The translations under genes and the position numbers were made by a program. From NCBI GenBank assembly GCA_900551245.1, contig URVC01000001.1:13990-77989 (forward strand): DNA of 64,000 bases, given 5' to 3'. Position 1 is the first letter of the stretch; every line of letters starts with the position of its first letter. Origin of the DNA: an uncultured bacterium (lineage in GTDB: Bacteria > Verrucomicrobiota > Lentisphaeria > Victivallales > Victivallaceae). This document shows, one piece after another, positions 35,860-45,102 of the stretch. Under the pieces are notes generated by a model, which worked only from the letters and a program-made list of their open reading frames with translations, was not told the DNA's origin and ran no database searches.

Positions 35860-38710
35860 ATTCAAATGGTTGCTTCCTGCTTGCGCATGTGCGATATTCG
35901 CATTTGCGGCGGAGGCAAAAGTGGAGCTGGCGCCGGTATTCACCGACAACGCCGTGCTTCAACGCGGAATGGAAGTGCCGGTATGGGGGAAAGCCGCTCC
36001 CGGCGAAGAGGTTACTGTAAAATTTGCCGATCAGAGCGTGAGAGCGAAAGCCGGTAAAGACGGCAAATGGATGGTGAAGCTTGCTCCGATGAAGGAGAGC
36101 AGCGAGAACCGCACGCTCGAGGTTTCCGGCAAAGAGAATAAACTTTCGGTCGCCAATGTTCTGGTGGGTGAGGTTTGGCTCTGCAGCGGGCAGTCCAACA
36201 TGGAGCTCCCGCTCTGGGGAGGCAATCCCCGGTTCCGCCACTATGATGGAGACAAGGTGGCGGCCCAGTCGAACTTCCCGCTCATCCGCATTGCCCAGAT
36301 GCGTCCGTACGGTTGGTCTACGCTGCCCCGGACCGATTTCAAAATCACCTGGCAGCCGGTCCGCCCGGACAACATCGCGCCGTTCACCGCCGCCGGCTTC
36401 TTCTTCGGCCGTGAACTTTTCCAGAAACTCAACATTCCGATCGGTCTGATCAGCTCCCACTGGGGCGGCACCCGGATCGAGCCGTGGACCCCGCCGGAGG
36501 GCTTCAATTCGGTGCCGGAACTGGCGGGCATCGCACGCGACGTCAATGCCAAGCTGCCCGGTACTGCTGATTACAAAAAGATCAACGAAGCGACGCAAAA
36601 GGCTTACGCCGAGTGGATGGAAAAGTGCAAAGCCGCACTCGCCAGGGGGGAAGTGACCCCGCCGCCGCCGGCGTATCCAAATGAACTCAAGGCGTATACC
36701 AATCATCAGCAGCCGACCGTGCTTTACAACCGGATGATCTATCCCTTCGTCCCCTATGCAATGCGCGGCGCCATCTGGTACCAGGGCGAAGCCAACCTCG
36801 GCGACGGAGCGCTCTACACGCAGAAGATGCAGGCGTTGCTCAACGGCTGGAAGAAGGTGTTCCTCAACCCGGACTTCAAACTGTATTTCGCTCAGCTCGC
36901 CCCCTTCACCTACGGCGGCGACAAGACCCGCCTGCCCCAGATCTGGGAGGCACAGCAGAAATTTGCCGAAAGTGAAAAAGATGCCGGAATGGCGGTCATC
37001 AACGACGTCGGCAACCTCAAGGACATCCATCCGAGCGACAAAAAGACGGTGGGAGAACGGCTCGCCCTGCTCGCGCTCAAACGCGACTACGGCATGAGCA
37101 ACCTCAAGGCGGACTCCCCCACGCTGAAATCGCACCGCATCGAGAACGGCAAGTTCATTCTCGACTTCAATGCGGTCGAGCAGTGGACCACCAAAAACAA
37201 CAAGCCGGCCGCCAACTTTGAAGTTGCGGCGGTGGACGGTGTTTTCTATCCGGCTTCCGTCGAGATCCGCGGAACCAGCCTCGTGGTCGGCTCCGACAAG
37301 GTGAAGGCTCCGAAGTCGCTGCGTTATATGTGGGATCAAACCGACGAAGCGACCCTCGCCAACGAGGCAGGCCTGCCGCTCGGCGCCTTCCGGATCGAGC
37401 CTCCGGTCGTGCTTGACGAACTGGTCTCCTACTTCAAGGAGTCCTCGAAACTGGTCTACGAGTACAATCTTCTGAGCGGCTCCGGCTTCGGCGACCGCAC
37501 CAAGGTCAATTACCTCGCCGACAACAGCGCCGGAATCAAAGGGAACCTCACGGAAATCACCTATCTGGCGGTGCTCACCGGCAACGACGGCAAAGTGAAG
37601 TGGGTGGCGGTTTCCATGAATCCCTTCGTCAACGACGCGAAGAAGATCGGTGTTCCGGTCAAATCGGCGAATGCCATGTTCCAGACCCGGATTCAGAATA
37701 TGCGGGTGCTCTCGAATGTCCCCGGCATCAAAACCGGCATCATCGGAGAGGGCAACATCGAATTCTGGCCCGGCAATTACGGCACGAACAATTCGGCCCG
37801 GATTCCCGGCGCCAACAACAGCACCTATGATTTTGGCGATCAGCCGAATCAGGGCGTCGGCTACGGTTCGATGCAGATCCACAACTACCGGGCGCGTCAG
37901 ACGGTGTTTGCCTACAACAAATTCGACGCGGGCAGAAACTGCGATCTCGGCATCGGCAATGCGCCCGGCCGGAATCCCGACTGGACCTTCTCCGGTTCCG
38001 CCCGGAATTACAAAGAGGCGAAGCTCTACGTCTTTGTCAAAGAGCGTCCCCGCATGAAAGCTGATGCCGTCATGGCGCTGGTCAATGCGAAGGTCCCGGC
38101 GGCAGCGGCCATGAAGCCGCTCTACTGCTGCGATCTGCGTACCGGCGTCAAGGGCGAAAATGTCAGCTACGAGTTCGACGACTCCGCCGCGCTCACCGGC
38201 AAGGTCCGCAAGGTCGGTTACTTCCTGCAGCTTACCGGGAACGACGGCAAGGAGTCGTGGGTGTTTGCGTCGATGGATGCATTCTCGCCGGATGCGAAGA
38301 AGCTCGGTGTTCCGGTCTACAGCACCGGTGCGATCTTCCAGACGATCGTGAAGAATCTGGAAGTTGCCAGCAATGTCCCGGGCGTCAAGACCGGGAAGTT
38401 TGAGGATGGCAACATCGAATTCTGGGCGGCGAATTACGCTCAGCCGAATGAGAAAGCGATTCCGGGAGCCAGCAACGACGTGTTCGACTTCGGCGACCGC
38501 CGGCAGGATCCTGCCAACGGTTACGGTTCGATGCAGGTCCACAACTACCGGGAGAAGCAGACCGTGTTCGCGTTCAATCAGTTCCGCGGCGGTAACCGTG
38601 CCGACTGCGGCATCGGCAATGCGCCCGGCAAAAACACGGACTGGACCTTCAGCGGTTCGATGATGAACTACAGCAAGGCGCTGCTCTGCGTGCTGGTCGA
38701 ACTGGAATAA
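35843..38710 (+). CDS. secreted SGNH-type sialate O-acetylesterase-like (DUF303) protein with two tandem C-terminal domains of unknown function
   Basis: A signal peptide, then 'GEVWLCSGQSNME' (9-O-acetylesterase catalytic Ser block). The last ~400 aa form two homologous ~190-aa repeats that share GNIEFW...GYGSMQ(I/V)HNYR..QTVFA(Y/F)N.F...GIGNAPG.N.DWTFSGS. Confidence 0.65.
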   Translation: MAKMHEFKWLLPACACAIFAFAAEAKVELAPVFTDNAVLQRGMEVPVWGKAAPGEEVTVKFADQSVRAKAGKDGKWMVKLAPMKESSENRTLEVSGKENKLSVANVLVGEVWLCSGQSNMELPLWGGNPRFRHYDGDKVAAQSNFPLIRIAQMRPYGWSTLPRTDFKITWQPVRPDNIAPFTAAGFFFGRELFQKLNIPIGLISSHWGGTRIEPWTPPEGFNSVPELAGIARDVNAKLPGTADYKKINEATQKAYAEWMEKCKAALARGEVTPPPPAYPNELKAYTNHQQPTVLYNRMIYPFVPYAMRGAIWYQGEANLGDGALYTQKMQALLNGWKKVFLNPDFKLYFAQLAPFTYGGDKTRLPQIWEAQQKFAESEKDAGMAVINDVGNLKDIHPSDKKTVGERLALLALKRDYGMSNLKADSPTLKSHRIENGKFILDFNAVEQWTTKNNKPAANFEVAAVDGVFYPASVEIRGTSLVVGSDKVKAPKSLRYMWDQTDEATLANEAGLPLGAFRIEPPVVLDELVSYFKESSKLVYEYNLLSGSGFGDRTKVNYLADNSAGIKGNLTEITYLAVLTGNDGKVKWVAVSMNPFVNDAKKIGVPVKSANAMFQTRIQNMRVLSNVPGIKTGIIGEGNIEFWPGNYGTNNSARIPGANNSTYDFGDQPNQGVGYGSMQIHNYRARQTVFAYNKFDAGRNCDLGIGNAPGRNPDWTFSGSARNYKEAKLYVFVKERPRMKADAVMALVNAKVPAAAAMKPLYCCDLRTGVKGENVSYEFDDSAALTGKVRKVGYFLQLTGNDGKESWVFASMDAFSPDAKKLGVPVYSTGAIFQTIVKNLEVASNVPGVKTGKFEDGNIEFWAANYAQPNEKAIPGASNDVFDFGDRRQDPANGYGSMQVHNYREKQTVFAFNQFRGGNRADCGIGNAPGKNTDWTFSGSMMNYSKALLCVLVELE
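37450..38707 (+). repeat. intragenic tandem duplication (two ~570-600 bp units, ~55% aa identity) encoding the duplicated C-terminal domain
   Basis: Shared DNA strings such as 'ggcaacatcgaattctgg', 'ggttcgatgcag', 'tcggcaatgcgcccggc' and 'gactggaccttc' recur about 660 bp apart. Confidence 0.6.
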
Positions 38711-38728
38711 CAGTTCTGAAAACAGAGA

Positions 38729-38770
38729 GCGGGAATCCCGAGATTTCGGAATTCCCGCTTTTTTATTTTA
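38729..38770. terminator. hairpin plus T-run terminator between convergent genes
   Basis: GCGGGAATCCCGAGA-T-TTCGGAATTCCCGC is followed by TTTTTTATTTT. Confidence 0.5.
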
Positions 38771-38779
38771 CAAAAAACT

Positions 38780-39427
38780 TCAATGGACCGCGGTTTCGGC
38801 GTTGAGCCGGTCGAAGAACTCCTTCATAAATGCGGCCCGTTCTGTCGCGAGCCGCCGCCCGGGAGCGGTCAGCATGCAGTCCGGCAGTTTGCGAAGCTTC
38901 ACCAGGTACTCGCGGTAGGCGGTATCCTCCCGGCTGTACGCCTCCGAAGAGAGCGCCTCTTCGGCCGTGTTATGAAGCCGGGCATGTTCTCGCCCGGCAA
39001 AGAGGAAGGCACGCCCAATGCCGACTGCGCCGAGCGAATCAAGTTTGTCCGCGTCGTAGACGATCTCCGCCTCCAGAGTGGCGGGACGCCGCCCGGCCCG
39101 GTAGCGATGGGTCAGCACCGCCTGCGAAACCGCTTCGATCATTCCGCCGGAGAAACCGCACTCCGCCAGCAGCGGGCGGACCAGCTCCGCGCCGAGCAGC
39201 GCATGGCAGATTTTCCCTTTCGACGCCATCTCTTCCGGGCGGGCGAAATCGTGCAGCAGCGCCGCCAGCCGGACAATCTTCCGATCAGCCTCGGGCAGTT
39301 TCTCCGCCAGCAGTTCCGCGTTGTGGAGCACCCGCAACGTGTGGTCGAAGTCGTGACAGCCGGAGGCGACGCCGAGTTTTGTTTTCACCCGGTGCCGCAC
39401 CTCTTCAAACTGTTGCTCAAAATCCAT
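38780..39427 (-). CDS. HD domain phosphohydrolase
   Basis: 'GCHDFDHTLRV...LLHDFARPEE' is an HD motif. It lies 3 nt downstream of the feoB stop. Confidence 0.75.
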   Translation of the reverse strand: MDFEQQFEEVRHRVKTKLGVASGCHDFDHTLRVLHNAELLAEKLPEADRKIVRLAALLHDFARPEEMASKGKICHALLGAELVRPLLAECGFSGGMIEAVSQAVLTHRYRAGRRPATLEAEIVYDADKLDSLGAVGIGRAFLFAGREHARLHNTAEEALSSEAYSREDTAYREYLVKLRKLPDCMLTAPGRRLATERAAFMKEFFDRLNAETAVH

Positions 39428-39430
39428 CGT

Positions 39431-41584
39431 TCAACTCAGGAATGTGGTGCCGATGCCGAGAAGCAGACCAATCCGATAGGCGATGAAGGTCAATCCGTAG
39501 GCGACCACGGTGTACATTCCCATCTGGAAAAAGGTCAACTTCCAGGAGTTGGTCTCTCTGCGGACGATCGCCACCGTCGCCATACAGGGGATCGTCAGCA
39601 GACAGAAGAGCATGATGCAGAACGCCTGAAGCGGGGTGTAAGCCTGCCGGAGCCGCATTTGCAGACTGTCGGCGGAAGCCTCGGCGTCCTCAATCGAGAA
39701 AAGCACCCCCAGCTGGGCGACAAATACCTCTTTGGCGGCGAATGCGCCGATCAGCGCGGAGCTGACCTTCCAGTCAAATCCGATCGGCGAAAGGACCACC
39801 GAAAGCGCCCGGCCAAGCCGGCCGGCGGTGGAGTACTCCAGCTTCTGTGCCTTGATTTCCCCGTTCAGTTCCGCGATCGCCGCTTCTTTCTCCGCGGCGG
39901 GAAGCGTCGTGCTCTGCTCCACCGCGGCCAGTTTCTCCCCGGTCGCGCCGAAGTCGGTCTTTTCCGGGAATGTATTGATGATGAAAAGGATGACCGAGGC
40001 GCCTAGAATCAATGTTCCCGCCTTGTGCAGGTACATCACCGCCCGCTCCCACATCTGGATGAGGATACTCCGGAGGGTCGGCATCCGGTAGGGCGGCAGT
40101 TCCATGACGAACACCTCCCCTTCCCCGCGGAACAGGGTGGACTTGAGCAGCAATGCACAGCAGAGAGCCACCACCACACCGATCACATACATGATCCACA
40201 TCATCAGCGCCTGATACCGCACCGCGAAAAACGCCGGAATAATCAAAGAATAGATCGGCAACCGGGCTCCGCAGCTCATGAAGGGGATAATCATGATCGT
40301 CGTGAGCCGATCCCGCTCGGATTCAATGGTGCGGGTCGCCATGATCGCCGGCACGGAACAGCCGAACCCCAGCAGCATCGGGATGAAGCTCTTGCCGTGC
40401 AATCCGAACATATGCATGAATCCATCCATCACAAATGCCGCCCGCGCCATGTAACCGGTTCCCTCCAGGAAGGCGATCGCCATGAAGAGCAGCAGAATGT
40501 TCGGCAGAAAGACCAGCACGCCGCCGACGCCGCCGATGATTCCCTCCACCAGCAACCGCCGGAAAAACTCCGCCTGCCCGGCCGGCCAGATGGCGTTGAT
40601 TCCGTCCGCAAGCGCACCGAAGAGCGCTTCCAGCCAGTCCATCGGATACTGCCCCACCACGAAGGTGAACATGAACACCAGATACATCATCAGCAGAAAG
40701 ATCGGCACACCGAAAAAGCGGTTGGTCACCACCCGGTCGATCGAATCGGACAGCTGGCGGCGCACGTCATTGCTGACGTGGATCGCCTCCCGGCAGGCAC
40801 CGGCAATGACCCCGTAACGATAGTCGGCCATCAGCACCTCGCTGTTCAGGCCGTTGCGGGTCGTGATCGCCTGCCGCCACTGTTCCGCTTCTGGAAGCAG
40901 GGAGGCGAACTCCGGCCGGGAACAGATTTCACTGTCATTTTCCAACAGCTTGATGGCAAAATAACGGGCGGGAATCCGGCGCGTCTCCGGGCGCTGCAGT
41001 TCGCGAATCTTCTCCGTCAGAGCCCGGATTGCCTGGTCGGTTTTCGGCCCGTACTTCGGCTTGACCGGACGCGGCGGATTCGCTTCATGTGCAATGCGAT
41101 AGATGATATCTCTCAACTGGTCGATCCCCTGCCCGGAAAATCCAACCGTCGTGATGACCGGAGCGCCGAAAAATCCGCTGAATTTTTCAAAATCAAATTC
41201 CAGCCCGCGTTTTTCCGCGTCATCGATCATATTGAAGACCAGCACCATCGGCAGATCCAGCTCGGCGAGTTGCGTGGTGAGGTAGAGGTTTCGCTGGGCG
41301 TTGCTGGAGTCGATCACGTTGAGAATCATATCGATCTCACCGTGCAACAGCTCCCGGAACGCCACCTTCTCCTCCGGCGACGAAGAGGAGAGGCTGTAGA
41401 TGCCAGGCAAGTCAACCAGTTCCACCGAAAGGTCCTGAATCCGGCAGGTTCCGCATTTCCGTTCGACGGTAACCCCCGGATAGTTTCCGACATGCTGCCT
41501 GGTTCCAGTCAGCGCGTTGAAGATGGTGGTCTTGCCGCAATTGGGATTTCCGGCCAGAGCCACCCGCCAGATACGTTCGTTCAT
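39431..41584 (-). CDS. feoB: ferrous iron transporter B
   Basis: 'VALAGNPNCGKTTIFNALTG' is the G-domain. A large C-terminal permease with Gate motifs follows. Confidence 0.9.
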   Translation of the reverse strand: MNERIWRVALAGNPNCGKTTIFNALTGTRQHVGNYPGVTVERKCGTCRIQDLSVELVDLPGIYSLSSSSPEEKVAFRELLHGEIDMILNVIDSSNAQRNLYLTTQLAELDLPMVLVFNMIDDAEKRGLEFDFEKFSGFFGAPVITTVGFSGQGIDQLRDIIYRIAHEANPPRPVKPKYGPKTDQAIRALTEKIRELQRPETRRIPARYFAIKLLENDSEICSRPEFASLLPEAEQWRQAITTRNGLNSEVLMADYRYGVIAGACREAIHVSNDVRRQLSDSIDRVVTNRFFGVPIFLLMMYLVFMFTFVVGQYPMDWLEALFGALADGINAIWPAGQAEFFRRLLVEGIIGGVGGVLVFLPNILLLFMAIAFLEGTGYMARAAFVMDGFMHMFGLHGKSFIPMLLGFGCSVPAIMATRTIESERDRLTTIMIIPFMSCGARLPIYSLIIPAFFAVRYQALMMWIMYVIGVVVALCCALLLKSTLFRGEGEVFVMELPPYRMPTLRSILIQMWERAVMYLHKAGTLILGASVILFIINTFPEKTDFGATGEKLAAVEQSTTLPAAEKEAAIAELNGEIKAQKLEYSTAGRLGRALSVVLSPIGFDWKVSSALIGAFAAKEVFVAQLGVLFSIEDAEASADSLQMRLRQAYTPLQAFCIMLFCLLTIPCMATVAIVRRETNSWKLTFFQMGMYTVVAYGLTFIAYRIGLLLGIGTTFLS

Positions 41585-41650
41585 GATAGGAACATCCTGT
41601 AAAAAAGTTAGAGAAAGCTAAAAATTAAAATCAAAAAAAAGCACACCCTC

Positions 41651-42337
41651 TCAGGTGAGCTTGACCCAGATGTGCATCGCATCTCCTGCACGCATGGAGA
41701 GGCTGCTGCCCATCACCTTGACCCGGAGCAGATCGCCGAACGGCGCCCTGCCCTCCATCTGCAACAGCGTGCCGGGCACCAGCCCGAGGTCGGCAAATTT
41801 CTTGATGCCGCGCAAGTTTTCGGCGACATGCACCACCACACCGGATTCGCCGTCCGGAAGCTGATCCAGAGAAAGCAATTCTTCGCCCGGCTCCGGACAG
41901 ATCTTCGGCATCGTGGTTTCAAGATATTCGCGCAGAGGAGCGCAGTCGTCGCGCCCTTCAATCGCCTCTGCCAGCGCCACGATGCGCGACAGCACCGTTT
42001 CCCCGATCACATGTTCAATCCGGCAGGCGGTGGAGTCGGAGCACTCCGCATCCAGCTTCAGCACCTGGCTGAAAAAATCCTTCAACACTTTGTGCCGATG
42101 ACGGATTACCGCGGCGGTTTCCGCACCGACGGTAGTGAGTTCGACCGGCGTATGAGACTGATAGTTGATCAGGCCGCGGGCGGAAAGCGCCTGAAGTGCG
42201 TTGGTAACCGACGGCATTTTTACTTTCAGCCGGTCGGCGATGTCTTTGGTATGCGCATGTCCCTTCTGTTCGATGATCTCGGCAATCGCTTCGAGATAAT
42301 CTTCGAGACTGCTGGAAATATCAACGGTTGTGGCCAT
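41651..42337 (-). CDS. DtxR/IdeR family metal-dependent transcriptional regulator (three-domain form with C-terminal SH3-like/FeoA domain)
   Basis: The N-terminal HTH is 'LEDYLEAIAEIIEQKGHAHTKDIADRLKVKMPSVTNALQAL'. The C-terminal 'ESGVVVHVAENLRGIKKFADLGLVPGTLLQ' is FeoA/SH3-like. The start is set at MATTVD. Confidence 0.75.
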   Translation of the reverse strand: MATTVDISSSLEDYLEAIAEIIEQKGHAHTKDIADRLKVKMPSVTNALQALSARGLINYQSHTPVELTTVGAETAAVIRHRHKVLKDFFSQVLKLDAECSDSTACRIEHVIGETVLSRIVALAEAIEGRDDCAPLREYLETTMPKICPEPGEELLSLDQLPDGESGVVVHVAENLRGIKKFADLGLVPGTLLQMEGRAPFGDLLRVKVMGSSLSMRAGDAMHIWVKLT

Positions 42338-42478
42338 ATGAAATACCCTCGATGTGTTCGCCATTAATATACTCGTTTTTGCGTCGGTGTCAACCCGTTT
42401 TTCCATTTCTCCGGTTGCAAATCATGGAAATTAGAGCTCTATTATACCGATGTCAATTCCGGAATGTCATAAAGGATT

Positions 42479-43282
42479 ATGAAACTTTTTCTCCTGCTTT
42501 GTTCCGTCGCGTTCGCCCTCGGTGCCGCTGCGGCGGAACGGGTTATTTCGCTCAGTCCCAGCCTGACGGAGGCGATCTGTCTTCTTGGCGGAGAATCCAT
42601 GCTGGTCGGCCGAACCGATTCCTGTACGGAACCGGCTTCCGTCGTCCGGCTGCCGTCGGTCGGGAAATTTCTCTCCCCTTCTATGGAACGAATTGCCGCA
42701 CTCGCCCCGACTCTGGTCGTTTCCACCCCGCAGCCGGGGCGCGGCACGGCCCAGCTTCTGACAAGCCTCGGCATCCGTTTTGAAGAGCTGCCGGACCACA
42801 CCCTGGCCGATTACCCCGCTCTGCTGCGCCGCCTGGGGCGGCTGCTTAATCTCCCGGCGGGAGAACGGGAAGCGGCTCTTGCCGAGAAGCGACTCGCACA
42901 CCTCCGGCATCAGATGGAATCCATTCCCGAAAATCGGAAGGTAAAAGTCCTGTTCCTCGCCGGGATCGACCCCGCAATCGCGGCAGGGCGGCAAAGCTTC
43001 ATTCACCCCATGATTGAACTTGCCGGAGGGAAAAATCTCGCAGGTTCTCTGAACCGCGCTTACGTCACCGTCTCGCCGGAATGGATTGCGGAACAACAGC
43101 CGGACCTCATTCTGATTCCGGACGCCGTTGCGACACTGCCGGAATGGCTGAAGCTTCTCCCGGTCCGCACCCTTCCCGATCCCGATCTGGTCTGCCGGCT
43201 CGGTCCGCGCCTCTTTCAGGGAATCGAACAATTGAAACACATTTTGCAGAACTCTGCGAAAGGAGACACATCATGTCATTGA
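42479..43282 (+). CDS. ABC transporter periplasmic substrate-binding protein, TroA/BtuF/FecB-like (class III PBP)
   Basis: A signal peptide, then 'RVISLSPSLTEAICLLGG...VGRTDSC...LAPTLVV', as in BtuF/siderophore PBPs. No cognate permease or ATPase is adjacent. Confidence 0.7.
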   Translation: MKLFLLLCSVAFALGAAAAERVISLSPSLTEAICLLGGESMLVGRTDSCTEPASVVRLPSVGKFLSPSMERIAALAPTLVVSTPQPGRGTAQLLTSLGIRFEELPDHTLADYPALLRRLGRLLNLPAGEREAALAEKRLAHLRHQMESIPENRKVKVLFLAGIDPAIAAGRQSFIHPMIELAGGKNLAGSLNRAYVTVSPEWIAEQQPDLILIPDAVATLPEWLKLLPVRTLPDPDLVCRLGPRLFQGIEQLKHILQNSAKGDTSCH

Positions 43283-43659
43283 AACTGCTCGCCGCCATCG
43301 CCGTCGCCGGGGCGGTCGGAACCCTGCTCCGTTACAGCTGCATCCGGCTGGGAACGGTGCTGACGACCACCGCCTTTCCTTTTTCCACGCTGATCGTGAA
43401 TGTCATCGGCGCCTTTGCCGCCGGGGCGGTCTGTGCCCTGATCCGGGGGCGTTTTCCGCAATTCGCGCCCCTGCTTCCGGTGATTCTGGTGGGATTTCTC
43501 GGCGCCTTCACCACCTTCTCGACCTATGCGCTGGAATGCGCGGAGCTCTTCCATCGCGGTGCCGCCGGCAAAGCCATGCTCAATCTCTTGCTGCAGAATA
43601 CACTCGGCATTCTCGCGGCATGGGGCGGCCTCGTGGCCGGAAGCCGCTTCTCCGCCTGA
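43273..43659 (+). CDS. crcB: fluoride ion channel CrcB/FluC
   Basis: 'GFLGAFTTFSTY' signature. It overlaps the PBP gene end by 10 nt. Confidence 0.85.
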   Translation: MSLKLLAAIAVAGAVGTLLRYSCIRLGTVLTTTAFPFSTLIVNVIGAFAAGAVCALIRGRFPQFAPLLPVILVGFLGAFTTFSTYALECAELFHRGAAGKAMLNLLLQNTLGILAAWGGLVAGSRFSA

Positions 43660-43677
43660 CGGCGGAATGCGGACAAT

Positions 43678-45039
43678 TCAGGAGTGCGAAGCATTTTTGC
43701 GTTCGCGCAACCGCTCCCAGTAGGCGAGACGGCGGAGAATCTCCCGCTCAAATCCCCGTTCCGGCGGCCGGTAGAACTTCTTGCGCGGCATCTTGTCGGG
43801 GAAGTAGTTCTGACCGGAAAACCCCTCCGCTGTCTTATGATCGTACTGGTATCCCTTTCCGTACCCGAGCTCTTTCATCAGCCGGGTCGGCGCATTGAGA
43901 ATGTGCGCCGGCGGCGTCAGAGAACCGAACTCCTTGGCCGCCCGCTGGGCCTCGCCCCAGGCAACATAGGCGCTGTTCGATTTCGGCGCGGTGCCGAGGT
44001 AGATCACCAGTTCGGCGATCGCCAGCTCGCCTTCCGGCGAGCCGAGCCGCTCGTAGGTGTCCCACGCGGCAATCGCCATCTGCAGAGCCTGCGGGTCGGC
44101 CAGGCCGACATCTTCCGTCGCAAACCGGGTCAGCCGCCGCAGAAGGTAGAGCGGATCCTCGCCGCCGGCAATCATCCGCGCCGCCCAGTAGAGCGCAGCG
44201 TCGGTGTCGGAGCCGCGCAGTGATTTGTGCAGTGCACTGATAAGATTGTAGTGCCCTTCCTTGTCTTTGTCGTAGATCGGAGCGCGCTGCTGAACGATCT
44301 TGAGCACTGCCGCCGCATCCAGAGTTTCCCCTTCCGGCGTCAGATCGAAGACACTTTCCAGCAGATTGATGAGATAACGACCGTCGCCGTCGGCCAGTTC
44401 GGCCAGCGTCCGCCGTGCCTCGGGCGTCACCGGCAGTTTGCGCTTCAGTTCCGCTTCGGCCCGCTGCGTGATCTTTTCGAGGGCATCGGCATCCAGCGGA
44501 TTCATAACGAACACTTTGCAACGGGAAAGCAGTGCGCTGTTCAGCTCGAAGGAGGGATTCTCCGTCGTGGCGCCGACCAGAGTTACGGTACCGTTTTCCA
44601 CATAAGGGAGGAAGCCATCCTGCTGTGCCCGGTTGAACCGGTGAATCTCGTCGATGAAAAGCAGTGTTCCCTCGCCGTATTCGCGCCGCTTCGCCGCCTC
44701 ATCGAACGCCTTGCGCAGATCGGCGATTCCGGAAAACACCGCCGACAGCGCGGTAAAATGAAGACTGGTGCGGGTTGCCATCACCCGGGCCAGCGTCGTT
44801 TTGCCACAGCCGGGCGGCCCCCAGAGAATAAAACTGGTCAAATGGCCGGAGTCGATCATCCGGCGCAGCGGCGCCCCCTCGCCGAGCAGATGCTCCTGAC
44901 CGACAATCTGATCGAGGTCGGTCGGCCGGAGCCGGTCCGCCAGCGGCCGGTTGACATTCTGCGAAAAAAGTGATTCCTGATATGCCATGCCTTCCGCACC
45001 GTCCTTCGACAAAATCTTCCGCTTTTCTCCGCCCGGCAT
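43678..45039 (-). CDS. rarA: replication-associated recombination protein A (AAA+ ATPase MgsA)
   Basis: 'LWGPPGCGKTTLARV' is the Walker A. The C-terminal MgsA domains are 'YDKDKEGHYNLISALHKS'. Confidence 0.9.
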   Translation of the reverse strand: MPGGEKRKILSKDGAEGMAYQESLFSQNVNRPLADRLRPTDLDQIVGQEHLLGEGAPLRRMIDSGHLTSFILWGPPGCGKTTLARVMATRTSLHFTALSAVFSGIADLRKAFDEAAKRREYGEGTLLFIDEIHRFNRAQQDGFLPYVENGTVTLVGATTENPSFELNSALLSRCKVFVMNPLDADALEKITQRAEAELKRKLPVTPEARRTLAELADGDGRYLINLLESVFDLTPEGETLDAAAVLKIVQQRAPIYDKDKEGHYNLISALHKSLRGSDTDAALYWAARMIAGGEDPLYLLRRLTRFATEDVGLADPQALQMAIAAWDTYERLGSPEGELAIAELVIYLGTAPKSNSAYVAWGEAQRAAKEFGSLTPPAHILNAPTRLMKELGYGKGYQYDHKTAEGFSGQNYFPDKMPRKKFYRPPERGFEREILRRLAYWERLRERKNASHS

Positions 45040-45102
45040 TTGAAAATGACGACGTTTTGCGCCATATTATCCGGATGAAATCAAACATTTCCCATTCATA
45101 AT

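Noticed and set aside
41651-42337. A separate feoA gene, or a novel 'FeoA-regulator fusion'
   Set aside because: The C-terminal SH3-like domain that Pfam calls FeoA is the normal third domain of full-length DtxR/IdeR regulators, so this is a standard architecture.
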